From: a virus
Taxonomy: Duplodnaviria > Caudoviricetes
Length of the DNA stretch: 64,000 bases
Virus record (IMG/VR): IMGVR_UViG_3300037418_004154
Coordinates: 1,217 to 65,216 of that record
Strand: one strand, 5' to 3'
The translations under genes were made by a program, and so were the position numbers. Positions within the stretch are counted from its first letter, which is position 1; each line of letters begins with the position of its first letter. The notes beneath the pieces are model-generated. The model was not told the DNA's origin, ran no database searches, and saw only the letters and a program-made list of their open reading frames with translations. Of the stretch, positions 17,746 through 26,847 are shown in pieces.

Positions 17746-19581
17746 TTGCGGCGGACTCTCCCCCTCCTGACGGTGCTCGCCGCGGCCGGCCTGGTCGCGG
17801 CGGTCCCGGCGGTTGAACCGGCCCCGCCACCGCGGGCGGTCGAGTCGCCACCGCCCGGCGTCCCCCCGGCGGCAATCCCGAACCCGGATTACGTCTGCCG
17901 GATCGCCGCCTGGTGGGTGACGACCTACGCCCAGCAAGCCGAAGAAAAGGGCCGGACGCCAGAGGAACGGGCGATCTTGCGGAAGGCGGCCGAGGACGAC
18001 ACACACCACTGGTGGTTCGTCGCGTGGCACGGCACGGGCCTGCCGCGGGAGAACCTCGATCGACAGAAGACGGCGGCGTCCTTCTGGTTGAACAACCTGC
18101 ACTTCGCGACGTCCGCCATCAGGTTCCGGGACGTCCCCCGGTCGAACGGACTGCTGCAGTGGGTGGACATCCGCGAACCCGGTTGGTCGAGGGCGGCCCT
18201 GACGGCCGTGTCCCGCCGGGACCTGATGTTCCGGGAACCCGCGGTGGACAACCGGATCGCCGAGTTCCTCCGGCGGTCGATCGGCGTCGCCCAGGACCCG
18301 AAGACGCTGGCCGTCGAGGCGGTCGTGTGGGGCCCGCAGCTGCTCCGCGACTCGTTCGAGTCCCAGCGGAGCCCGACCTACTACGACCTGCTGTTCTCGG
18401 CCCAGCGGTTCGTCCCGACCGGCACCGCGCTCGACCCGCCGGTGGAGGTCGACACCGGCGAGGTCAAGTGGCGGACGGAGAAGCGGACCGTCGACCACCC
18501 CGGGGGCGAGTACCGGTACCCCGACGACTCCGGCCAGGTGGTCCAGGCCCCGAAGGGTCAGTACGAGGTCGAGCTCCGGTTCAAGGTGCCGGTGCGGAAG
18601 CTGGTGATGCCCCGGCCGAACGCGACCAGCGGGTTCAAGTTCGTCGACTTCCCGCAGACGTTGGAGGACTGGGAGGACGCCTTCCGGATCAAGGGCGGGA
18701 AGGCCCGGGCGGTCGCCCTGGGCAAGGCCGTCCGGGTGTTCCAGGGGGCGATCGTCGCCGGGTACAGCGACGACCCGGTGAACGGGTCGGTGGTCGCGAG
18801 GAAGAACCGGGCGGTGCGGATCGAGCAGGGCGAGTTCGGCCCGGTGATGGAGACGTACGACGCGATCAAGGGGACCGGGACCAAGAACTACATCGAGCAG
18901 GCCCCCCGGCTGGCCCGCGGAGAGGAACTCGATGCGGACGCCTTCGAGGTGCTGGCCGGGCTTCCGGCCGGCGGCCAGGCCACGGGGCTGTTCAACGGCC
19001 AGCGGAAGCGGATCGAGGTGGCCGACGGAGGGATCGCGAAAGCACCGGAGGCCGCGAACAAAGCCCACAAGCACGTGAACTTCCCGAACGTCCGGACCGG
19101 GGCCGACTGTATGCGGTGCCACTGCCTGGCGTACGGCGTGATTCCGCCCCGGGATCTGGTCAAGGACGTGTTCGACGTCGGGGTCGACCTGAAGCTGAAG
19201 AACCCGGCCGACGCGGTCCAGTTCGCCGGGGTGTTCGGCAAGATCGACCGCCGGCTGGCCGGGTACCAGGGGGGGTACAAGGGGCTGATCGAGGACGTCA
19301 CCGGCGGCCCGGACCGGCCGGCGTGGACCCCGGCCCAGCTGGTGGGGGAGGTCGAGGAGGGGTGGGACCGGTACGACCGGCCGGTGGACCGCGAGCTCGC
19401 GGCGGCCGAAATGGGCGTCCCGGTCGCGATCCTGAACGGGCTGGCCGTCTCCACCCTCGGGGTATCGGCGAAGTTGCTGGTCCAGGGGCGGACGATCCCC
19501 CGGGACGTGTGGGACGAGGACGTCCGCCCGGAACTGGTGCGAGTCCTGGCGGCCGACAAACAGGTGGAGATCCGTCCATGA
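17746..19581 (+). CDS. Secreted protein with a CxxCH heme c motif (611 aa)
   Basis: Signal peptide. NVRTGADCMRCH is preceded by LPAGGQATGLFNG, recalled as resembling a planctomycete heme c protein family. Confidence 0.65.
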   Translation: MRRTLPLLTVLAAAGLVAAVPAVEPAPPPRAVESPPPGVPPAAIPNPDYVCRIAAWWVTTYAQQAEEKGRTPEERAILRKAAEDDTHHWWFVAWHGTGLPRENLDRQKTAASFWLNNLHFATSAIRFRDVPRSNGLLQWVDIREPGWSRAALTAVSRRDLMFREPAVDNRIAEFLRRSIGVAQDPKTLAVEAVVWGPQLLRDSFESQRSPTYYDLLFSAQRFVPTGTALDPPVEVDTGEVKWRTEKRTVDHPGGEYRYPDDSGQVVQAPKGQYEVELRFKVPVRKLVMPRPNATSGFKFVDFPQTLEDWEDAFRIKGGKARAVALGKAVRVFQGAIVAGYSDDPVNGSVVARKNRAVRIEQGEFGPVMETYDAIKGTGTKNYIEQAPRLARGEELDADAFEVLAGLPAGGQATGLFNGQRKRIEVADGGIAKAPEAANKAHKHVNFPNVRTGADCMRCHCLAYGVIPPRDLVKDVFDVGVDLKLKNPADAVQFAGVFGKIDRRLAGYQGGYKGLIEDVTGGPDRPAWTPAQLVGEVEEGWDRYDRPVDRELAAAEMGVPVAILNGLAVSTLGVSAKLLVQGRTIPRDVWDEDVRPELVRVLAADKQVEIRP

Positions 19582-20174
19582 AGCGGTTCGCGATTCTGGC
19601 CGTCCTGGCCGGCGTGCTGGCCGGCGTCCCGGCTGCGGCCCAATACCCGCCGCCGTACCCGGCCCCGTGCCCGGCCCCGGCGTACCCGGTCGCCCCGGAC
19701 ACCGTCCTGGTGCCGCTGGTCCAGCGGGTTTATTCGAACCCGGACTACTACTGGTCGGTCCGGGACTACTACCGGGACGCGAACGAGTTGGAAAAGAACC
19801 AACAGCTCTCGGCCCTGATTCAGGCCCTGCTCGCCAAGCAGGTCGGCCAGGATCACGCCCCCGCCGCGGCGGCCCGCCAGACAGTCGGGCACCGGTCGCT
19901 CGGGAAGCTGCCCGCCCCGGTCCTCCGCGGGCAGCCGGTGGCGGCCGTCCGGAAGGGCGGGGACGCCGGGGCCTACCTCGCCGGGGCGTGCGTCCGGTGC
20001 CACGGGGCGGGCCGGGCCGCCGGGGGGATCGACCTGTCGAACCCGGACGCGGTCGCCCCTGCGGACCGCGAGGCGTGCGTCGAGGCGATGGTCGACGGGC
20101 GGATGCCGAAGGGCGGGGCCGCCCCGTCCCTCGCCGAGGTCGCGGCCGTCAGCAAGTGGGCGGCCGGGAAGTAG
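19578..20174 (+). CDS. Monoheme c-type cytochrome (planctomycete type)
   Basis: Signal peptide MKRFAILAVLAGVLAGVPAAA, heme motif CVRCH, distal MPKGG Met ligand and terminal ...VSKWA helix, the class I cytochrome c pattern. Confidence 0.8.
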   Translation: MKRFAILAVLAGVLAGVPAAAQYPPPYPAPCPAPAYPVAPDTVLVPLVQRVYSNPDYYWSVRDYYRDANELEKNQQLSALIQALLAKQVGQDHAPAAAARQTVGHRSLGKLPAPVLRGQPVAAVRKGGDAGAYLAGACVRCHGAGRAAGGIDLSNPDAVAPADREACVEAMVDGRMPKGGAAPSLAEVAAVSKWAAGK

Positions 20175-20227
20175 CCGAACCAACGGCCCGTCAACTCCGG
20201 CGGGTCTCATTTGGGAGGAGATCGATC

Positions 20228-20848
20228 GTGTTGCACTTGGCCCTTCTGGTCGCCCTCGCGGCGGCCGACGTCGGACCGGTCGCCCCGGCCGACGTCCAGT
20301 TTTCCGTCGGCCCGCGCGGGCGGGTCCGGGCTCTGCCCGCCCCCGTCCTGCCGGTGAACGGGTTCGCCCTCCGGACCGGCCCGTTCGGCCGCCTCCGGGC
20401 CGACCCGATCGTAGGGCTCGGGGCCGGGGCGGTTCAGGCCCCGGCCGCCGGCTTCGCCCCGGCCGTCCGAATCCCGGCCCGGGCGTTCGTCCCGGCCCCG
20501 CGGGTCCGCCCCGGGTTCATCGTCGGGGCGGCAAGCACCGGGTACACCGCCCCGGCCGCGGGCGTCGTGGCCCACTCGACCACGACCGCCCACTACATCC
20601 AGGCCCCGGCGGCACCGCCAGCGGCAACGGTCCTGCGAAGCGTGACCTACCGGTCGGCGGTCGCCCCCGCGGCAGCCGTGCTCCTGCGGGACGATTCGGT
20701 GTACGTGCCCCGGGCCGCCCCGGCCGCCACGGTCGTCCTTCCGCACGACACGGCCGACCTGTGCCCGGTGGCCCCGGCGGCGGCCCCGGCCTACGGGACC
20801 GGGTGCGGGACCATCCCGACCCCGCGGGCGACCGTGATCGTCCACTAG
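20228..20848 (+). CDS. Secreted Ala/Pro/Val-rich low-complexity protein
   Basis: GGAGGAG RBS, GTG start, signal peptide MLHLALLVALAAA. Confidence 0.6.
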   Translation: MLHLALLVALAAADVGPVAPADVQFSVGPRGRVRALPAPVLPVNGFALRTGPFGRLRADPIVGLGAGAVQAPAAGFAPAVRIPARAFVPAPRVRPGFIVGAASTGYTAPAAGVVAHSTTTAHYIQAPAAPPAATVLRSVTYRSAVAPAAAVLLRDDSVYVPRAAPAATVVLPHDTADLCPVAPAAAPAYGTGCGTIPTPRATVIVH

Positions 20849-20852
20849 CCGT

Positions 20853-20909
20853 ACAGCCCGGCCGGGGTGGAGGACCGCAGGGAGAGGCGGCACCTCGCCC
20901 CGGCCGGGC
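20853..20909. terminator. Inverted repeat CAGCCCGGCCGGGG...CCCCGGCCGGGCTG, probable terminator
   Basis: 14-bp arms immediately after the operon's last stop codon. Coordinates approximate. Confidence 0.45.
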
Positions 20910-20948
20910 TGATCTTCCGAAGTGCTCTCCCGTTGTCACTGGTGAGAT

Positions 20949-21419
20949 ATGACAAGCGAGCAAGTTCTCCGGGGCGACCTGCCCCCCGTTCAAGACCTCC
21001 GGGCCGACCTGTCCGCCGCGACGGCGGCCCTGGCCCGGTTCCAGGCCCGACTGGATGCGTCCACGGCGACCATCTTGTCCACGGCGGCCACCTTGACCCC
21101 GGCCAACGCCCTGAGCACCGCCGACGTCCTGCGGTACCTGGCCCTGGTCAAGAAGTGGGAGCCGCAGGTCGAGGCGTACATCACGCAGGGGGTGACCCTC
21201 GTCCGGGACATCCTAACCGACGCGGGCTATCTGACCCCGGCCCAGTCCGAGTTCGCGTTCCACGCGGCCGTGGCCCACTTCGCCGAACAGAAGGGGATCG
21301 AGCGGGGCCTCTTCGGCGGGGGCAAGTTCATCAACCTGATCCTCACCAATCTGCCGGAGATCCTGGCCCTCGTCGACAAGTTCACCGCGGCGGCCGGGGA
21401 CGCCCCGCCGCCGGCGTAG
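20949..21419 (+). CDS. Hypothetical protein (156 aa)
   Basis: ORF with RBS and normal composition, followed by a GC hairpin at about 21437-21463. Confidence 0.6.
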   Translation: MTSEQVLRGDLPPVQDLRADLSAATAALARFQARLDASTATILSTAATLTPANALSTADVLRYLALVKKWEPQVEAYITQGVTLVRDILTDAGYLTPAQSEFAFHAAVAHFAEQKGIERGLFGGGKFINLILTNLPEILALVDKFTAAAGDAPPPA

Positions 21420-21483
21420 GCCGCGTCCACCACCGCCCCGGCCCGGGCGCTCACCGGGCCGGGTTCCTCCTTCGAACCCACGC

Positions 21484-22329
21484 ATGTCCGACCTGCCCAC
21501 CGAATCCGACCCGATTCGCATCGTCGAGGGTGATGCCATCGACGATGCCCGCCGCTTGCCCGCTGGGGTGTTTGACGCGGTCGTGACCGACCCGCCTTAC
21601 GGGCAAACCAACGAGCGGTACGACGGTCCGGATGCGATCTCGCTCCGCCCGGACATCTGGCGGGAATGCCTTCGGGTCTGCAAGCCGAACGCGGCCCTGA
21701 TCTCGCTCGCTGGCGGCCCGACCTACCACCGGATCGCGTCGGCAATCGAAGCCGGCGGGTGGCGGGTGCGGCAGATGTGGGGGTGGGTGTACCGGGATGG
21801 GATGATGACGACCGCCTACCCGGGCGACGGGTTTGATCGGCTCGCCCCGGCAATGGACCCGATCGTCTTCGCGACCAAGGGGAAGGTGCTGCTGAACGTC
21901 GAGCGGGAAGGGGATCACGCCTGGGACCGGTTCACCGGGCGAAAAGATCCTTACGCCTCGCCCTCCCTGAGTGATCGCTGCACACACGGGCTTCACACGC
22001 GCAAGGCGGTCGGCCGGTATCCCCGCACGTTGACCGCCTCACCTGATGCCAGTGATTTCGAATACTTCGTGCTCCCGCGGGCCAGCGCCACCCGTGGCGA
22101 AAAGCTCGGCCACCCGAACCAAAAGCCGCTCGCCCTGATGCGGTGGCTGATCGCCAAGCTCCCCGGCGCTCTCATCCTCGATCCGTTCGGTGGCTCGGGG
22201 ACGACGCCCGTCGCCGCAATCGCCGAAGGTCGTCGGTGCGTGGCGATCGACCAGGACCCGCGGTACGTGGCCATCGCCCGCCGCCGGGTCGCCGAAGCCC
22301 TCGGCACCGGTCTGTTCGTTTCCCCCTGA
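21484..22329 (+). CDS. Orphan DNA N6-adenine/N4-cytosine methyltransferase (beta class)
   Basis: VVTDPPYG (motif IV), HPNQKPLAL, ILDPFGGSGTT (motif I). Confidence 0.9.
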   Translation: MSDLPTESDPIRIVEGDAIDDARRLPAGVFDAVVTDPPYGQTNERYDGPDAISLRPDIWRECLRVCKPNAALISLAGGPTYHRIASAIEAGGWRVRQMWGWVYRDGMMTTAYPGDGFDRLAPAMDPIVFATKGKVLLNVEREGDHAWDRFTGRKDPYASPSLSDRCTHGLHTRKAVGRYPRTLTASPDASDFEYFVLPRASATRGEKLGHPNQKPLALMRWLIAKLPGALILDPFGGSGTTPVAAIAEGRRCVAIDQDPRYVAIARRRVAEALGTGLFVSP

Positions 22330-22341
22330 GAGATCTTCCCC

Positions 22342-23136
22342 ATGACCCTGACCGTAACCCAGCTCGAATCCCGGGACACCCCCGCGGCCTTCGACCCCAC
22401 CTACCACGTGGCGAACTTCCAGCCGATCCCGGGCTGGACCGGCCCCGTCTCGACCACTTCGGCCGACGTTGACGGCAACGGCACGCTGGACGACGTGTAC
22501 GCCGCCGGCCAGGGCGGCAGCGCCGACGTCGTCGTGTACTCCGGCGGCACGCTCGGGGTGAACGAGACCGTCATCGGCCCCGAGGGCCGGCCGGTCCAGC
22601 AGCCCGAGGGGCTGGGCTCGGTCCTCTTCTCCGGGATCATCTTCGACCCGTCGTTCCGCGGCGGCGGGGACGTGTCCACGATCCGCCAGGGGGCCGGCCT
22701 GCCCGACGAGATCCTCGTCATCCCCGGGGCCGGGGGCGGCCCGGTCGCGGCGATCATCAGCCTCGACACCGCCACCGGCGGCTCGACGGTCAACACGTTC
22801 CTGTGCTACGACGACGTGAACTATCGGGGCGGGATGAAGGCGGTCGTGACGCCGGAGACGCTCAACGGCCCCGACGTGATCATGTTCCTGCCGAACCAGG
22901 GCGGCGGGCCGGTCGTGTCGGTATTCGACCAGACGGGGCAGCAGCTCTCCGAGCTGCTGGTCGGCGCCCCCGACGACCGGAGCGGGGATTACGGGTTCCT
23001 CCCGGCGGGGGCGCTGGTGACCGCGACCGACGGGAGCGGGGCGGAGATCTTCTGCGTGACGAACCCGGACGGGTCGGTCACGGAATGGGACTGGTCGGGG
23101 GTGTCGCACGGGACGTTCGGGCCGGACGTGGGGTGA
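22342..23136 (+). CDS. Planctomycete-type secreted protein (LESRDTPA motif), paralogue-like to 13946(-)
   Basis: MTLTVTQLESRDTPA, DVDGNG FG-GAP-like motif, repeated GGGPV. Confidence 0.7.
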   Translation: MTLTVTQLESRDTPAAFDPTYHVANFQPIPGWTGPVSTTSADVDGNGTLDDVYAAGQGGSADVVVYSGGTLGVNETVIGPEGRPVQQPEGLGSVLFSGIIFDPSFRGGGDVSTIRQGAGLPDEILVIPGAGGGPVAAIISLDTATGGSTVNTFLCYDDVNYRGGMKAVVTPETLNGPDVIMFLPNQGGGPVVSVFDQTGQQLSELLVGAPDDRSGDYGFLPAGALVTATDGSGAEIFCVTNPDGSVTEWDWSGVSHGTFGPDVG

Positions 23137-23159
23137 TTCAGGAAGTGGGTTAGACCGGA

Positions 23160-23185
23160 GCGGCCCGCCGAGCTCGGCGGGCCGC
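23160..23185. terminator. Perfect hairpin GCGGCCCGCCGAGCTCGGCGGGCCGC between convergent operons
   Basis: Palindrome between the stop at 23136 (+) and the stop at 23227 (-). Confidence 0.6.
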
Positions 23186-23226
23186 GTGCGTTGAATGGGT
23201 GCGGGCGCCCGCACTCCCCCGCTGGC

Positions 23227-24177
23227 TCAGCCCGGCCCCCTCGCCCACCGCAGGACGGCCGCCGAGAGGGCCGCATGGGCGGCGTCCCGGGTGGGGTAGT
23301 CCTTGACCACGCCGGTCCACGCGGCTTCGGTGGTGTAGTCGCGAAGGTGCGAGTAAATCGACTCCGGCAGTCCGAACGGTGAGTCGTCGTTGCACACCCA
23401 CCGGTATCGGTCGCCGCCGTCCCGCTCATCTTCCCGAAGGGGTTCCCGGTCGGTCACCCGCACTCGTGTCACCGGTTCGCGCCGCAGGAGGTCCCGGCAC
23501 CCGCCGACCCGGCCAGCCCCGGAGCAGTGCGGGCAACGGTCACCCTGTCGGTATCCGTTGTGCCGGGGCGAGGTCGTCGCCCAGCACTGACGGCACCACT
23601 TCGCTCCTGGTCCGGCTGGGGTGTCGCCACGGTCGACCAGTCGGCCGCCGCATGCTCCGCACGTCGTCTCCCGAACGGGTTCAAACGTCGGGATCAACTC
23701 GTATCCCCGGCCGCCGCACTGATCACAGGGGGTGCCCATGAGGGCGGCCAGGTCGGGGACGCGGATCTCGTCCACGAATCCGCGGCGGACGGCAAATGAT
23801 GGCACCACCACATTCGAATCGTGCCGCAAGCAGACGATGGACGGTTCGACCGGTTTCGGGAACCACACGTCGTGGTGACGCTCCCACGCCTCCTGCTCAC
23901 GCTTGCGGAGCACGCACACCGGGCAGAACCCGCACGGTTCTTTCTTTGCCCCGACTTCGATCACGTGGCGAATGTGCGGGCTTCTGGGCGGTCCGCCGGT
24001 TGACCGTGCCCGCGGGAACGGGCAATCCGGAGTCCTGGCCAGTTCGCACTGAGCCCGGATGAACCCCGCCCGCTCTGCCTCCCCGTGTTCGTCCAGCCAA
24101 TCGGCGTACACCAACCGCGGGGTATCCTCCTCGGGGTGCTCGCGGATGGCGGCCAGGAGGGAGTCGCGGTCGGTCAT
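23227..24177 (-). CDS. TIGR02996-domain protein with CxxC zinc-binding repeats
   Basis: MTDRDSLLAAIREHPEEDTPRLVYADWLDEHG..RAGFIRAQCEL, plus several CxxCxG motifs. Confidence 0.85.
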   Translation of the reverse strand: MTDRDSLLAAIREHPEEDTPRLVYADWLDEHGEAERAGFIRAQCELARTPDCPFPRARSTGGPPRSPHIRHVIEVGAKKEPCGFCPVCVLRKREQEAWERHHDVWFPKPVEPSIVCLRHDSNVVVPSFAVRRGFVDEIRVPDLAALMGTPCDQCGGRGYELIPTFEPVRETTCGACGGRLVDRGDTPAGPGAKWCRQCWATTSPRHNGYRQGDRCPHCSGAGRVGGCRDLLRREPVTRVRVTDREPLREDERDGGDRYRWVCNDDSPFGLPESIYSHLRDYTTEAAWTGVVKDYPTRDAAHAALSAAVLRWARGPG

Positions 24178-24518
24178 GCCCCTTTCCTCTTCACTATCTC
24201 GACCGCGAGGATCTGCGCGTGGCACACGAGCGGTCCGGGGTCCACACCCGGGCAAACCTCGTCCGTCGTGCACCAACACCCGAGCGGTTTCGCCCCGTGC
24301 TCGCATTCCTTCCAGAGCCGGGCCAGGTCGGCCTCCAGCGTGGGCCGCCCCAGGAGCCAGGATCGGTAGCGGTCGAGACAGGCGGTGAGCGATTGCCCCG
24401 GGCGGAACGGGTTGCCCAGCGGGTGCCCCGGCCAGCCCGCGAACCGTCGGCCGACGTAGCACACGCCAGCGCGCTGTTCGGGCGTCCGGAGCCCGCGGAC
24501 GTCGGCGATTCGGATCAT
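24174..24518 (-). CDS. DUF4326 family protein
   Basis: YVGR...PLGNPF...RYRSWL...LGCWC...CHAQIL signature. Confidence 0.85.
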   Translation of the reverse strand: MIRIADVRGLRTPEQRAGVCYVGRRFAGWPGHPLGNPFRPGQSLTACLDRYRSWLLGRPTLEADLARLWKECEHGAKPLGCWCTTDEVCPGVDPGPLVCHAQILAVEIVKRKGA

Positions 24519-25102
24519 GTCGCGGCCCCCGGCTTCCACGTCCCCGCCGCGATCGCCTCCACCGTCTCGACGTCCCGCACGTCGGCCCCGGCCAGCACCG
24601 CGTCCACGGTCCGCAGGGTGCTCCGGAACGCCGCCTGGGCCGACCCGGAGACGTGCCGGACTTGGGCGATCAGTTCGAGGGCGGCCCGGAACCGATCCCG
24701 GTCGTGCTCGGCCAACTCCGCCCGGCAATCTGCCCGTTGAAACTCCCCCGCGTGGACGGGTCTGGCGGCGACCAGATCCGCCGCGTTCCGCATGTCGGGG
24801 TACTCGGCCGCGGTCTTCGGGAGGTTGCACCGGATGAACCCGACGGCCCAGGTCAGGGACTCTCGGAGCCGGTCCCGCTCGGCCCGGAGGGTGGCCGCGA
24901 TGCTCTGGTCATAGGTCATCAGCTCGCGCAGATAAACCGCGGTCTGAACAGGCGTCTCGTGCGGTGACCGGGTAATAATCACTGCCCCGGCCTCTCCGCC
25001 GATGTCGTGTCGCCCCCGGTACTCAACCGGAACGTGCCCCGCCTTGCTCGCCCAGACGAGCAGCGTGCCCACCGGGGTGTGCCGCAACTCGGACGTGGTC
25101 AT
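24515..25102 (-). CDS. Hypothetical phage protein (195 aa)
   Basis: ATGA-coupled ORF in the accessory operon. Confidence 0.6.
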   Translation of the reverse strand: MTTSELRHTPVGTLLVWASKAGHVPVEYRGRHDIGGEAGAVIITRSPHETPVQTAVYLRELMTYDQSIAATLRAERDRLRESLTWAVGFIRCNLPKTAAEYPDMRNAADLVAARPVHAGEFQRADCRAELAEHDRDRFRAALELIAQVRHVSGSAQAAFRSTLRTVDAVLAGADVRDVETVEAIAAGTWKPGAAT

Positions 25103-25284
25103 AGTGCCCCCGGAAACAAGGTGGCCATCGCCTCCTCGGTCGCGTCCAGTTCGGGCTGGAGTCGCTCGCCGATGGCCGCCCGCTCGGCGTCCGACAGCCC
25201 CTCACTTAACTCGGCCAGGCGCCGCATCTCCGCCAGCAACCGGCGGGCCTTCGTCTCGACCTCGATCTCAAGCGGACTCGGCAT
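25099..25284 (-). CDS. Small helical hypothetical protein
   Basis: MPSPLEIEVETKARRLLAEM..., with GGAG RBS. Confidence 0.5.
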   Translation of the reverse strand: MPSPLEIEVETKARRLLAEMRRLAELSEGLSDAERAAIGERLQPELDATEEAMATLFPGAL

Positions 25285-25295
25285 AACAAGACTCC

Positions 25296-25565
25296 TTATA
25301 CTCCCTGCTCCCCCTTCTTCCCCCGCACCCACCGGCACCACGCCCCGATCGCCGTGACCAACGAGGTGACGTCCGCCGCCCCCTTGACCAGAGCCCAGCC
25401 GCTCGCCGCGGCATCGCCGGCGAGGGCCACGGCCTTCGCCACGGCGATCCCGGCCGCCCCGGTGGTCGCGATCCCCGTACACCAGAGGCCGCTGCCGACG
25501 GCAAATGCGAATGTGACGATGACGACGCGGACGGGGCGGCGACGGTTTGGTCTGGGCTGGCTCAT
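25296..25565 (-). CDS. Small membrane protein
   Basis: Basic N-terminus then hydrophobic Ala/Gly-rich segments; ATGA coupling. Confidence 0.5.
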   Translation of the reverse strand: MSQPRPNRRRPVRVVIVTFAFAVGSGLWCTGIATTGAAGIAVAKAVALAGDAAASGWALVKGAADVTSLVTAIGAWCRWVRGKKGEQGV

Positions 25566-26638
25566 GACGGCCCTCCTGTCGGGAACTCCCGGACCCGCAA
25601 GTCGGCCGGCCACTCGGCCGGATCGCCGCCCTTGGGGTCGGTCAACTGGATGCGGCAGTCGGCCCCCTGGTAATCCTCGCGGAATCCGTGGATATGGTGC
25701 TCGACCGCGAAGGTGGCCAGGGTGTCCGGCCAGTGGGTGCCGAAGTCGCTGGCCCCGCCGAAGTGGTCGTTGCGATCGACAACCGTGTGGCCGAGTTGCT
25801 TGACGAAGGCGGGCACACCGACCGCTTTACACTGCCGAACCAGACTTCGCACCCACTCGACCCGAAGTTCCCGCCGGCCCTTCCCGCTCTCGCCACCGAC
25901 GATGACCCAGTGGATGCCCGACAGTGCTCGCTGGCCCAAAACCTCCACGGCATCCGAGCGTCGAGTGACATTCGAAAATTCCACCGGCCCCAACAACGGC
26001 TCACAGCTCAGGAACCGGACCGCGGCCGGGGTCTTCAGCAGGTGCGGGATACGCTCGTCGGCGGTCTGCTGATTCTCAACACTCACACCGAGCCAGACGT
26101 TGGGTGGGAAGCCGCCGTAGATCCGCTCTGCCCAGTCGTGCGGAACGAATCTGAGCACGTTCTGGGGGCGTTTGGTGAGCAAGAGCCAGTCGAGGTTCGG
26201 GGTGTCGCGGATCAAGTCCCACAGCCGCCAGCGGACGTCAGCCATCGTCGCCAGGTGGCAGCCGTCCGGAAGGCCCGCCGCCGGGACCGGCGAGTTGGAC
26301 AGTGACCCGCTACACCACCAAAGCGGGTTGCCGTTCGCGGCCGTCACGGGGCCGGTCCAGTCCTCGAACACGTCCGCCAAACTCGCACAGAACACCCGGT
26401 GCCGCTCGCCAGCGGCTTTCGCCTTCTCGTCCCACCGGACGGGCGCGGCCCATCCCGATTCGCCGTTCTCGGCCGCGACCACCCGCGTCCCGTTCGGCCC
26501 CCACTCGCCGAGCACCTTCGGGTTCCGGCCGCTCATCGTCTCGGCATAGCAGTTCCGGCACCCCTCGCTCACCTTCGAGCAACCACGCCACGGGTTGAAC
26601 GTGTGGTGCGTCCACTCGATCTTGCTGTCAGCGCCCAT
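25562..26638 (-). CDS. Phage Gp37/Gp68 (DUF5131) family protein
   Basis: SKIEWTHHTFNPWRGCSKVSEGCRNCYAE, LLLTKRPQN, NVWLGVSVENQ, IHWVIVGGESG. Confidence 0.9.
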   Translation of the reverse strand: MGADSKIEWTHHTFNPWRGCSKVSEGCRNCYAETMSGRNPKVLGEWGPNGTRVVAAENGESGWAAPVRWDEKAKAAGERHRVFCASLADVFEDWTGPVTAANGNPLWWCSGSLSNSPVPAAGLPDGCHLATMADVRWRLWDLIRDTPNLDWLLLTKRPQNVLRFVPHDWAERIYGGFPPNVWLGVSVENQQTADERIPHLLKTPAAVRFLSCEPLLGPVEFSNVTRRSDAVEVLGQRALSGIHWVIVGGESGKGRRELRVEWVRSLVRQCKAVGVPAFVKQLGHTVVDRNDHFGGASDFGTHWPDTLATFAVEHHIHGFREDYQGADCRIQLTDPKGGDPAEWPADLRVREFPTGGPS

Positions 26639-26847
26639 TACCACCCTCCGCTCTGGATCTCTCCCCGCGTCACCCGCCCCTCGATGAGCTTCCGGATCTC
26701 GGCCCGGACCTCATCCTCCGTCTTGCCCTTCCAAAACGCGCTGCGGTCGGTGACCCCGGCCGCGGCCTCCAACTGGCCCCAGTTCACGCACCGCCGCCAG
26801 ATCCGGTCGACTTCGGCCTGGATGGCCGTTTTGGCGCGGCGGGTCAT
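26638..26847 (-). CDS. Hypothetical protein (69 aa)
   Basis: Coupled ORF in the operon. Confidence 0.5.
   Translation of the reverse strand: MTRRAKTAIQAEVDRIWRRCVNWGQLEAAAGVTDRSAFWKGKTEDEVRAEIRKLIEGRVTRGEIQSGGW

Noticed and set aside
16876-19122. 748-aa minus-strand ORF, and similar long antisense ORFs (e.g. 56021-58285, 38562-40043, 10548-12656)
   Set aside because: They lie antisense to genes with recognisable motifs, have no RBS or domain evidence, and show shadow-frame composition.
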